Source: a virus. Taken from it: a DNA stretch of 64,000 nt. Positions within the stretch are counted from its first letter, which is position 1, and each line of letters begins with the position of its first letter. This document shows positions 38,045 to 46,220 of this stretch, one piece after another. The notes under the pieces were generated by a model. The model searched no databases. It saw only the letters and a list, made by a program, of their open reading frames with translations, and was not told the origin of the DNA. The stretch is taken from positions 12,534-76,533 of IMG/VR virus record IMGVR_UViG_3300042908_001001; one strand, written 5' to 3'. Both the position numbers and the translations under genes were made by a program.

Positions 38045-38449
38045 ATGTCAGACAAAAAAAGGTTTACTTTTTATGTAGAACGTGGACTGCTGGAAGAGGT
38101 TGAATCAATTTCTGTATTGAAAGATTGTTCGGTCGGTAGCATAGTTTGCAATGCGCTTGAATACTTTACCGACAATCAAAATGAAGTAGAGCGTTTTTTG
38201 TTAATCAAAAAATTAAATGCTTTACAGGAAAAGGCTGAATTAAGACTTAAAGAAATTGAAAATAATCGCCTTGAATTGTCGTCTGATTCATACGTTGACT
38301 TGGTTTTAAAAAACCTTGAGTCATCCATTGAAAATGGGCTACTACTAAAAGCACTTAAGTCTTTTTCGGAAGAAAAAAAAGAAGCGATCGCGGATTCGTT
38401 TTTAACTTGTTTCAATATTTTTAACTTAGGAGCTACCGAAAATGAATAA
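38045..38449 (+). CDS. Ribbon-helix-helix (CopG-like) protein
   Basis: KKRFTFYVERGLLEEVE.......SVGSIV..ALE.F. Confidence 0.6.
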   Translation: MSDKKRFTFYVERGLLEEVESISVLKDCSVGSIVCNALEYFTDNQNEVERFLLIKKLNALQEKAELRLKEIENNRLELSSDSYVDLVLKNLESSIENGLLLKALKSFSEEKKEAIADSFLTCFNIFNLGATENE

Positions 38450-39422
38450 CGAGTCACTAAATGAACGATTAGAAAAATTAGAAACTATGTTTTCTATTCT
38501 CAGTACCAAGGTAGATAATGACCTCAAGAAAGTAGTCGAACAAAGCTTGCCAGATAAAATCAAAACCGATATTTTGGAGGCAGTCGGTCTTGATGGATTG
38601 GTTGAAAAAGCTCTTGAAAATTCAGTCCCTATTCAAGAGATAAAACGGATCTCAAGAATTACTCATGAAACAAAAAAGGATTTATTCACCACTAAAGTGG
38701 AAAATCGTACCCTAAAACAAGATGCTGACTTTAAAAAATATGGAGTTGATCCTTATCGCATCAAAGTTGACGGACTAGAGAGCGAATTAAGGACGATGAC
38801 AGAAAAACTCATTGCACTCAAAAAGCAACATGAGTTGGTATTGAACAATATTCAGGCTCAGGTATTGGAATTGTTCAAATACTTATACTCAAAAGACAGC
38901 GAATTTACCATGTTTAGCGACACGATGAGTGCCATTGACAAGGCTTTACAGCAGGCGATCGCGGCTAACAGGGAATCAGAGATAAATCCCGTCATGACAG
39001 TAAACAATGAAATTGTCACAGTGTACCGTCAAGACATTGAGAACCAAGGGGAAATCACTATTTTCATGAAAGATTTCAAGCGAAAAGCCTACAGGGATAT
39101 GTTGGAAAATTACGGTATCTCAAGAAACTCACTTGCGAGGCTCTTGGATGTATCTCCTAATACCCCAGACCGTATCAAGGGACGGATACAGGATTATATG
39201 GCAGAAAAACATCCGTCTATACCAGTTCACGTCAAAATCCGTCTATCCAGATATGGAATTAAGGGGGATGACGTTACTATGTTTTTCCCATTGGAGGAAA
39301 CCCGAAAATCCAACCTGAGATTCTTCTTACCTGAAAAGTTAAACCCTTGGGAGCCTCGAATCAGACAAGCAATACTGAAAGGAACCGCAAACATAGTCGA
39401 CAAAAAAGACCAAACACATTGA
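38442..39422 (+). CDS. Coiled-coil protein with C-terminal HTH-like motif
   Basis: YGISRNSLARLLDVSPNT; AGGAG RBS. Confidence 0.55.
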   Translation: MNNESLNERLEKLETMFSILSTKVDNDLKKVVEQSLPDKIKTDILEAVGLDGLVEKALENSVPIQEIKRISRITHETKKDLFTTKVENRTLKQDADFKKYGVDPYRIKVDGLESELRTMTEKLIALKKQHELVLNNIQAQVLELFKYLYSKDSEFTMFSDTMSAIDKALQQAIAANRESEINPVMTVNNEIVTVYRQDIENQGEITIFMKDFKRKAYRDMLENYGISRNSLARLLDVSPNTPDRIKGRIQDYMAEKHPSIPVHVKIRLSRYGIKGDDVTMFFPLEETRKSNLRFFLPEKLNPWEPRIRQAILKGTANIVDKKDQTH

Positions 39423-39477
39423 AACATAAGGGATTCAGCTTATTCTATGCACTAGAAATATTTCAGTCCATAAAGAT

Positions 39478-39656
39478 GGATCACCTTTTTTGGTCTATTG
39501 ACCATTACAACCTATACACAGAAGCCGATCCAATGGGGTCAAAAAGTTATTACTAAGGCTAAAAAGATATTATATCCAAAGTAATAACTTTCTAAGGGGC
39601 TTGGATCGGCTTCTACACAAGACTCTTAACGGTCAATAGATTAAAATACCCGATCC
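39478..39656. repeat. Long imperfect palindrome
   Basis: Arms TCTATTGACC/GGTCAATAGA, AGAAGCCGATCCAA/TTGGATCGGCTTCT, AAAGTTATTACT/AGTAATAACTTT with near-symmetric spacers. Confidence 0.85.
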
Positions 39657-39860
39657 CCACTTTTTTCACTCACTATCTTGACTCATATTTCATCCTCACA
39701 CCATAGCCATGTCAATCATTGACACAAGAAAACTCACTCATTTAAGCCCGTCCCCTATCTCGCTATAGTTTCTGCCTTCCGACTACCTAGCCCGCCTAGA
39801 ATTTAATCCTATGGCCAAATGGTGAGACATTGAGTAAAGCGATCGCATTACAGGTTCACT

Positions 39861-39951
39861 CTAAAAATTAATTTGATTAAATACTTGACAAGTACAAAAT
39901 ATATTGATAGACTTGGGATATACCAAGAAAACAAGAGAGGACGTAGTAATG
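39861..39951 (+). repeat. Cassette header type A, copy 1 (promoter plus RBS)
   Basis: ~90-bp near-identical to 40616-40707; TTGACA(39885)-17-TAGACT, AGAGG RBS, ATG 39949. Confidence 0.9.
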
Positions 39952-40131
39952 ACTACCAAATTTAACAAGTCTGAAATTAAATTGATTAATCAAATCAAAA
40001 AAGCAGGAGAGTTGATCATTTACAATGAACCTAAATTTTGGGATAAAGTGCAAAGAATGATAGATAAGAGTCCTGATGCTTTTTGCTACGAAGTTCTAAA
40101 TTCTGGATTAATAGTAATAACCCTTGCATAA
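39949..40131 (+). CDS. Small cassette-borne hypothetical protein
   Basis: Start re-called to the ATG after the header RBS. Confidence 0.65.
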   Translation: MTTKFNKSEIKLINQIKKAGELIIYNEPKFWDKVQRMIDKSPDAFCYEVLNSGLIVITLA

Positions 40132-40136
40132 CCACC

Positions 40137-40168
40137 ACCGCGATCGCCTATCTCGCTTCTGATAGGCA
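40137..40168 (+). repeat. HIP1-hairpin repeat, copy 1
   Basis: ACCGCGATCGCCTATCTCGCTTCTGATAGGCA, identical at 40931-40962; variants at 41796 and 42100. Confidence 0.9.
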
Positions 40169-40183
40169 AATTAAAACAATTTT

Positions 40184-40387
40184 ATGGAGAGTAAAGCAAT
40201 GTTTAATTATGTCGAGATTGATTGTTTCCGTCTAGAAGACAGTAAATTGTGTGTTGTCGACAAAGGCAGTGAAGGCTATTTTATGGTGATTACCTCTTTG
40301 TCAGGAGAGAACATCGAAAACGAAAAGCATAGACCCATAAATCAAGCATTGTATTACGCTTTACTGGAAAGCAACCAAGATGATTAA
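40184..40387 (+). CDS. Hypothetical protein
   Basis: ORF after the HIP1-hairpin repeat. Confidence 0.5.
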   Translation: MESKAMFNYVEIDCFRLEDSKLCVVDKGSEGYFMVITSLSGENIENEKHRPINQALYYALLESNQDD

Positions 40388-40619
40388 ATGTCCTAAATGC
40401 GATCGCCCCTACCGATGCCCTAGATGCGGCGGCGATCGCTTATGGCTTGCTGGTTTTGTTTACGATACCGCAAAATTTATCTGTAGTGATTGCAAATTCA
40501 AGTCTGCTCACTGTTTCTCCTGTAAAAAGGAAAAGCAGGAAACCGAGGCAATCAAAGCAGAGCTAAAGAAGCGAAAACCTTCTAAACCTAAACGCCGATG
40601 GGGAAACACAGGATTCTAA
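40380..40619 (+). CDS. Zinc-ribbon protein
   Basis: Four CxxC motifs. Confidence 0.6.
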   Translation: MIKCPKCDRPYRCPRCGGDRLWLAGFVYDTAKFICSDCKFKSAHCFSCKKEKQETEAIKAELKKRKPSKPKRRWGNTGF

Positions 40620-40707
40620 AAATTAATTTGACTAAATACTTGACAAGTATAAAGTATATTGATAAGCTTGGGATATACCAAGAAAACAAAGAGAGGACAC
40701 AGTAATG
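40616..40707 (+). repeat. Cassette header type A, copy 2
   Basis: TTGACA(40640)-17-TAAGCT, AGAGG RBS, ATG 40705. Confidence 0.9.
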
Positions 40708-40926
40708 ACCACCGCAACTATCCCCGCCAATATTGAAAAGCAAGTAAAGTTTTTAAATCAATCATTAATCAAAGGAAAGATTACAGTCGAGCTAATCATT
40801 GAATCTGTAAAGACCTATGCCGATTCTGACAACTACGAAAACGAAGACGTACTGGATGCAATGCTTTTCTGGTTAGAAGAAAAAATGACCCCCGAATCTT
40901 ACTCAGAACTTTGTGACTCACTTTAG
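40705..40926 (+). CDS. Small acidic cassette-borne protein
   Basis: Bounded by header A and the HIP1-hairpin. Confidence 0.65.
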   Translation: MTTATIPANIEKQVKFLNQSLIKGKITVELIIESVKTYADSDNYENEDVLDAMLFWLEEKMTPESYSELCDSL

Positions 40927-40930
40927 ATGA

Positions 40931-40962
40931 ACCGCGATCGCCTATCTCGCTTCTGATAGGCA
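40931..40962 (+). repeat. HIP1-hairpin repeat, copy 2
   Basis: Identical 32-mer to 40137-40168. Confidence 0.9.
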
Positions 40963-40990
40963 GTAAATTTATTTTTGAGGATTTAGTTAA

Positions 40991-41794
40991 ATGGAAGATC
41001 TGAAGGCTATTTTTAATGACTGGCTTAAACAACAACCTCAATCTTATATGCTGTCTCAACCAGTTAAAGAATTGTTATTTAAAGCTTTTTTGTTTGGTAA
41101 CGAAGAGGGTTATAAAAACTTGCCAAAAACCGATCCAGAAAATTACGATCATTTACTTGGCGTGATGCCCGATTCTGAAATTGCAAAACAATTTTCTATT
41201 TCTCGCCACTCTGTTTTATATAGAAGAAAAAAACTAGGGATTCCTGCCTACGATCCCCCTATACCATACGATCATTTACTTGGTACAAAACCAGATTCCG
41301 AAATTGCCAAAGATTTTGAGATGTCTGTTACGGCTGTACGCAATAGGAGGATAAGATTAAATATCCCTGCCTATAAAAACCCACCATTAAACATCCCTAT
41401 TGATAAAATCCCGCCATCGTATGATCATTTACTTGGCACAATGCCCGACTCGCAAATTGCGAAAGATTTTGGCACAACCAGACAATTAGTTCGATACAGA
41501 AGGAAAAAAAAAGATATCCCAGCGTTTGATCCTGTCCCAAAAATCGATCATTTGCTTGGCACAAAATCCGATCACCAGATCGCCAAGGAGGTGGGAACAC
41601 CTGTTTGCAATGTATCAAGAAAACGCCGAAAATTAAAAATAGATGTCTATGCCCCAGATTGCTTCTATGCCCATTTACTGGGAACGATGCCCGATACTCA
41701 AATCGCAAAAGATTTCGGGGTTTCCAGTTCATCCGTTCAGCAACAGAGATCGAAACTAGGTATCCCCCCTTACAGCAAAAAAACATCAAAATAG
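40991..41794 (+). CDS. Tandem HTH-repeat DNA-binding protein (5 repeats)
   Basis: Five copies of (Y)DHLLGT.PDS.IAK.FG.....V..RR.KL.IP.Y. Confidence 0.75.
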   Translation: MEDLKAIFNDWLKQQPQSYMLSQPVKELLFKAFLFGNEEGYKNLPKTDPENYDHLLGVMPDSEIAKQFSISRHSVLYRRKKLGIPAYDPPIPYDHLLGTKPDSEIAKDFEMSVTAVRNRRIRLNIPAYKNPPLNIPIDKIPPSYDHLLGTMPDSQIAKDFGTTRQLVRYRRKKKDIPAFDPVPKIDHLLGTKSDHQIAKEVGTPVCNVSRKRRKLKIDVYAPDCFYAHLLGTMPDTQIAKDFGVSSSSVQQQRSKLGIPPYSKKTSK

Positions 41795-41795
41795 T

Positions 41796-41825
41796 CCGCG
41801 ATCGCCTATCCCAACCCGATAGGCA
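41796..41825 (+). repeat. HIP1-hairpin repeat, copy 3
   Basis: CCGCGATCGCCTATCCCAACCCGATAGGCA. Confidence 0.85.
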
Positions 41826-41856
41826 ATAAATTAATTTATTTTGAGGATAAAATCAA

Positions 41857-42078
41857 ATGATAGCCATTGACACAGCAATAGTTTTTTCTCTTTACTACAT
41901 GATAGTCGGAGTCCTTATCAGCACTCATGCGCGAAAAATACTCAAGCCAACAAATCATACAGAAAGTCTTGGCGCGACTGTCTTGGTAGTTATATGGCCC
42001 ATCGTATTAATCTTTTATGCAGTCGGATTCATGGAAGGGATGATAAAAGCCATTAAAAGACAAATGAGAGACCAATAA
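41857..42078 (+). CDS. Two-TM membrane protein
   Basis: GAGG RBS; hydrophobic helices with WP motif. Confidence 0.6.
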   Translation: MIAIDTAIVFSLYYMIVGVLISTHARKILKPTNHTESLGATVLVVIWPIVLIFYAVGFMEGMIKAIKRQMRDQ

Positions 42079-42099
42079 AGCACGAAACCCAAAAACTTA

Positions 42100-42135
42100 A
42101 CCGCGATCGCCTATCCTCACCCGATAGGCTTTTTA
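42100..42135 (+). terminator. HIP1-hairpin repeat, copy 4, with U-tract
   Basis: GCCTATC-CTCACCC-GATAGGC followed by TTTTT. Confidence 0.7.
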
Positions 42136-42214
42136 ATACAATAACCCATAGACAAAATCTATCCCAATCCACAAAACCATAGGCATACTAAATAATAGTA
42201 TCTCATCTCAATAG

Positions 42215-42283
42215 AATGAGAATGATTATCATTCTCATTTTGTTCCATAGATGGTTTCTATGATGATAATGATAATCATTCTC
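42215..42283. promoter_or_regulatory. Two Fur-box-like sites flanking an ATAG-N7-CTAT palindrome
   Basis: AATGAGAATGATTATCATTCTCATT (42215-39); GATAATGATAATCATTCTC (42265-83, 18/19 to the classical Fur box); CATAGATGGTTTCTATG between them. Confidence 0.7.
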
Positions 42284-42436
42284 ATTTTTAATACCCTTTA
42301 CGCTATATATAGGTTAGGGAGCTTGTGTGTATTTGAAAACATTTAGAATCCGAGTAGAAATGTTTTGAGATTGTAGCCTGTTTTTAATTGACAAGCATAT
42401 TTTATAATGTTAAGATGGAAAATAAAAAGGTAGATT

Positions 42437-42715
42437 ATGTTTCAATGCTGTGGCGTTTTGATGGCTAAGAATGGCCTTACCAAGGGCGGTAATCAAAAGT
42501 ATCGCTGTAAAGTTTGCAAGAAAACTAAAGTAGATAGTCCTCCCAGACTTAGTCGTGAAGAGTATCAGAGACGATGGAGGGAAGAAAACCCTGATAAGGT
42601 AAGTCAGTGGCAAAAAGACTATTTTAAACGTCATCCCGAAAAGTACGAAGAAAAGAAAAAGAAAGAAACTGAAAGACAAAGACTGGCTAGACAAGCTAAA
42701 AAACAAGCCAGTTAA
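42437..42715 (+). CDS. InsA-like zinc-ribbon protein
   Basis: CC....KNG...GG.QKYRCKVC; own promoter TTGACA(42388)-17-TAAGAT. Confidence 0.6.
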   Translation: MFQCCGVLMAKNGLTKGGNQKYRCKVCKKTKVDSPPRLSREEYQRRWREENPDKVSQWQKDYFKRHPEKYEEKKKKETERQRLARQAKKQAS

Positions 42716-42743
42716 TATTTTTTAGGGCATTTAAGGGCATTGC

Positions 42744-43145
42744 ATGGTCAAAGTCATAAGTCACAAGAAAGAAGTATTAGGACGGTATCAAAGGGCATTT
42801 AAAGCAAGTGCCGAGGATTTTGATACCGCCATGACTACCGTGATTAGAGAACCTAGAGACTGGCCGAGTGGATTCGGGACGACAATCAGGCGTGGCAGTG
42901 GTGAAACTGTAGTCGGTAGCTATCGTAATATTGTGGATTATGGCAATTTGAGAGATAGCCAGTTGATGAGTGTTGAACAATTTAAGGCGATTTATTCGTG
43001 GGATGGTATGGGCGAGACACCCGCCGCTATCGTATTTTTCGGAGCTACCTTGAGAAACGGAACCCAGATCCCGCCCAGAGACTGGGTATCAATGGCATTG
43101 AGTGAAATTAATTTGAGTGAGAAATTTAAAGACAATTTAGATTAA
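42744..43145 (+). CDS. HK97 gp10-like neck/tail completion protein
   Basis: RNIVDYGNLRDSQ, GA.......P.RDW; GTTAATATT upstream. Confidence 0.7.
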   Translation: MVKVISHKKEVLGRYQRAFKASAEDFDTAMTTVIREPRDWPSGFGTTIRRGSGETVVGSYRNIVDYGNLRDSQLMSVEQFKAIYSWDGMGETPAAIVFFGATLRNGTQIPPRDWVSMALSEINLSEKFKDNLD

Positions 43146-43465
43146 ATACTTGACAAGGATAAATTATGTTGTTAAGATGGTTAGTATAAACCAAGTAAAG
43201 GAATTAATCAGATGACCACTTCAAACGAAATTAAAAAAGCAGTCAAGGCAATCACAGGATTGAAAGTTAGAATCAAAGATAATAAAAAATTTTATACCAT
43301 TAGCAACAGCGAAAGTCATCTTCCTAATGGGTTTGGTCACTTTGCGGAAGAATTAAAATCTATGTTTGCAGTAACCCGTCTTGATGGTTGTTCTTTTGAC
43401 ATTTTGAAGTAAAAACAAAATCAATCAACTTTAACCCTTGCCCTAAAAAGTAAGGGTTAATATTT
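43144..43465 (+). mobile_element. Type-B expression cassette 1 (promoter-RBS-ORF-terminator)
   Basis: Header AAATACTTGACAAG..TAAGATGGTTAGTATAAACCAAGTAAAG; footer TAAAAAC.AAATCAATC..TTAACCCTTGCCCTAAAAAGTAAGGGTTAA. Confidence 0.75.
43212..43412 (+). CDS. Cassette-borne hypothetical protein
   Basis: Fills cassette B1 exactly. Confidence 0.65.
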   Translation: MTTSNEIKKAVKAITGLKVRIKDNKKFYTISNSESHLPNGFGHFAEELKSMFAVTRLDGCSFDILK

Positions 43466-43489
43466 TATAAAACAATCCCACCTTGTTTT

Positions 43490-43759
43490 ATGGAATTATC
43501 TCAAGCATTAACGCCCTTTATCACGTTCAACGGTTGCCAAGCCTCGCAATTAATGGTTAGGCATTTAAGGTATGGTGATAAAAGTTTTTATATTGTTAGA
43601 AGACAGTTACTCAAGAAAGGGACAAAACCCTATTATGTTTGCGAGATATTCGGGACTAAATTTTGCTCTATCTCCCTTGAGCAAATATTAAAAGACATTG
43701 AAAGCGTTTACCCCTGTAAAAATTATAAATATTATGGCAATAACACCGTTACAGCTTAA
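43490..43759 (+). CDS. Hypothetical protein
   Basis: ATG 25 bp after GGTTAATATT. Confidence 0.4.
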   Translation: MELSQALTPFITFNGCQASQLMVRHLRYGDKSFYIVRRQLLKKGTKPYYVCEIFGTKFCSISLEQILKDIESVYPCKNYKYYGNNTVTA

Positions 43760-44156
43760 GTCCGACCTTGAAAAAGTATTAGAAGTTACCCGTCATCCCA
43801 CCACCAAGAAAGTGCTTACCTTTGGATTGGTTGGTAAATACACTTATCAGGCTAACGGATTTATTGATACCGCGATCGCGATCGGTTCAGCCAAAAGCGG
43901 TGTCACAGTCGAGGGATTAGAGATTGTAATTGATTTTCCTAAAACCGAATCATCTTGTAGTACCGACAAATACGTGCAATTAACAGAGAAATTTACCGTT
44001 AGGATGATTCAACGTAGTGGCGAGAATTTATACCCTGCTAGGGAGATTATTAAAAGGCTAGGGTTAAGGGATTATACCGACTCATCTATTATTGGGGATG
44101 TGATTGGTAATTATCCCCAGTATGTTTTCAGTTTTAGATACTCGGAAGGATTTTAA
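43734..44156 (+). CDS. Probable tail terminator protein
   Basis: Position directly before the tail tube gene; ATG re-called to 43734. Confidence 0.55.
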   Translation: MAITPLQLKSDLEKVLEVTRHPTTKKVLTFGLVGKYTYQANGFIDTAIAIGSAKSGVTVEGLEIVIDFPKTESSCSTDKYVQLTEKFTVRMIQRSGENLYPAREIIKRLGLRDYTDSSIIGDVIGNYPQYVFSFRYSEGF

Positions 44157-44211
44157 AAGTTGTGGTTATTATTTAATAGCCTATTTTTAAAACTCTAGAG
44201 GTAAAATTTTT

Positions 44212-44997
44212 ATGGCTTCCGACTTTGAATTGTTTAGTAATCCGATTACAAGCAAAAACTCAGTTATTAATGCAGGATCAAAATTACTATTGTGTGCATT
44301 GCCTACTGGGTTTAGCGGTAAGACTGGGCCTCCTGAAATTACTCTCACACAAAAAACATCTACGGCGGTTTCGGTTGGGGGTACTAGCCTGACGATTACT
44401 CCCAGCGAGGATGTGATTTTAGCTGATGGTGTGATTTTGTATTTTACTGGTAACAAAAAATTTGTTGTTAACGGGACTCAGACCGTTACTGGGACTGATT
44501 TTGTGTTGGCAATCGATCCCGCCACAACTGGGAATACCCTTAGCGGTGGTGAAACTTGCCTAACGTGGGGGGTTTTGGCTTTAAACTCTCCAACCGATAT
44601 CCCCTTAAACCAAGCCTCCAACATGGAGGGTCGTGGCGATCTTAACTACGGATTCCAAAAAGGGCAAAATCTGGTTGGTACAACTTTCGCGCCCCAAATT
44701 ACCTGTTTTACGACTAATGACGATATTGCCTATGATAAGCTTATCAAGCCCTACGATGGGTCTGGTAATACTATTTTTGCAATGATTTGGAGGGGGGATG
44801 GTCGATGGGCGGCTGGTGAAGCATTAGTCGTTAATCTGACTGAAAACGGGGCTGAATCAACCCAGATCAAGCCTACTTTCACGCTTGACTTCCGACCCCC
44901 TTGGGTTATGGGGATCAAGTATTCGGAGATGACCGATCCTCAAAAGGCAGAAGCCAACTTGATTATGAAAAAATCTGGACTGCCCTTGCTTGCTTAA
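44212..44997 (+). CDS. Major tail (tube) protein
   Basis: Gly/Thr-rich beta protein, GEALV.NL.E.G......TFTL; lies upstream of the frameshifting chaperone; followed by a terminator hairpin. Confidence 0.7.
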   Translation: MASDFELFSNPITSKNSVINAGSKLLLCALPTGFSGKTGPPEITLTQKTSTAVSVGGTSLTITPSEDVILADGVILYFTGNKKFVVNGTQTVTGTDFVLAIDPATTGNTLSGGETCLTWGVLALNSPTDIPLNQASNMEGRGDLNYGFQKGQNLVGTTFAPQITCFTTNDDIAYDKLIKPYDGSGNTIFAMIWRGDGRWAAGEALVVNLTENGAESTQIKPTFTLDFRPPWVMGIKYSEMTDPQKAEANLIMKKSGLPLLA

Positions 44998-45067
44998 GTT
45001 TTACTCTTTACCCTCTCTTAACCCTTACTCTGTAGGGGTTTCTTTATATCTATATTTTATTTTCCCT

Positions 45068-45510
45068 AAATACTTGACAAGTATAAAATAAGGGTATAAG
45101 ATGGTTAGTATAAACCAAGCAAAGAGAGATTAAAGATTATGGATTTTCAAAAAGAAATCACAATCAAAGGATGCACCATTAAATTAATCCCATCATCCGA
45201 GGTTCCAGTATATGATCGTTGTCAAGGGAAAAGGATTATGGGGGCTGGCTTTTTCCCTATCCCTGAAACAAATTTAAAAGCATTATGTGTTTACACTCGG
45301 AGTTACGGAAAAAAGAGCTATTCTTTCGACTTTGGAGATACATGGAGTACGGTTAAAGAACACGCTTTTAGTTATTTCTTGGATTCATTAAAAGCTCAAA
45401 TCGAAAATGAATTATACAGCACAACAGAAGGGACTTTATACGTCAAAGAAGCCTAAAAACAAATCAATCAATCCTTAACCCTTGCCCTAAAAAGTGAGGG
45501 TTATCATTTT
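45068..45510 (+). mobile_element. Type-B expression cassette 2
   Basis: TTGACA(45074)-17-TAAGAT; same header and footer as B1 and B3. Confidence 0.75.
45139..45456 (+). CDS. Cassette-borne hypothetical protein
   Basis: Fills cassette B2 exactly. Confidence 0.65.
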   Translation: MDFQKEITIKGCTIKLIPSSEVPVYDRCQGKRIMGAGFFPIPETNLKALCVYTRSYGKKSYSFDFGDTWSTVKEHAFSYFLDSLKAQIENELYSTTEGTLYVKEA

Positions 45511-45512
45511 TT

Positions 45513-45746
45513 ATGCTTAAACTACAATCACCTAACGGAAAAGTAATTTTATGGGGTGCTACTGTAAGCGATCGCACTGTATCGGCTGAGATAGCGTTTA
45601 TCGGGTCGTCAATTCAAAACCCGATGATTCCACTATCAAAACCTAACAGCAAGACTAGGGAGTGTTTTGTTAGACTGCCAGACAACTTTTTGATGCAAGC
45701 TTTGCCCATGAAAGGGAATAATATTACGCTTGAAATTATTGATTGA
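45513..45746 (+). CDS. Hypothetical protein, possibly tail-associated
   Basis: Lies between cassettes B2 and B3. Confidence 0.5.
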   Translation: MLKLQSPNGKVILWGATVSDRTVSAEIAFIGSSIQNPMIPLSKPNSKTRECFVRLPDNFLMQALPMKGNNITLEIID

Positions 45747-45749
45747 TTA

Positions 45750-46170
45750 GAATGCTTGACAAGTACAGAATAAGGGGATAAGATGGTTAGTATAAACCAA
45801 GTAAAGAGAGATTAAAGATTATGAACGCTAGAAAATACGACGACATTCAAACAAATACAGTTACTCGCTACGAAATCGCTTTGATGGAAGGCGAAAAAAT
45901 AATCAAAGTTTTAGGTTACACAGCAAAGAAAACAAAGCAAGCTTTATTCAATACAGTAAGTAATGGGGATGACTTAACAAAATACTTTCAAGAATCAGAA
46001 TTAGATTGCGAATATTTTTATGATAAAAAATGGGGGATCGTATTTTGCCCACGATTAAGAGTCGCATTTTCTGGTAGAACAGAGAGACAAGTGGCAACAG
46101 AAAAAGTATTTGCATAAAAACTAAATCAATCCACTCTTAACCCTCGCCCTAAAAAGTGAGGGTTATTTTG
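45750..46170 (+). mobile_element. Type-B expression cassette 3
   Basis: TTGACA(45756)-17-TAAGAT; header near-identical to B2; footer TTAACCCTCGCCCTAAAAAGTGAGGGTTA. Confidence 0.75.
45821..46117 (+). CDS. Cassette-borne hypothetical protein
   Basis: Fills cassette B3 exactly. Confidence 0.65.
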   Translation: MNARKYDDIQTNTVTRYEIALMEGEKIIKVLGYTAKKTKQALFNTVSNGDDLTKYFQESELDCEYFYDKKWGIVFCPRLRVAFSGRTERQVATEKVFA

Positions 46171-46220
46171 TTTTAATAATTATGGTTATTATTTATTGTC
46201 GTTAAATATTTAAAACAATT

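Noticed and set aside
42437-42715. IS1 element
   Set aside because: Only an InsA-like zinc ribbon; no InsB transposase or terminal inverted repeats seen.
39861-46170. CRISPR array or true integron
   Set aside because: Inter-repeat distances are gene-sized and variable; no cas gene or tyrosine integrase is present, and the repeats lack attC R-box structure.
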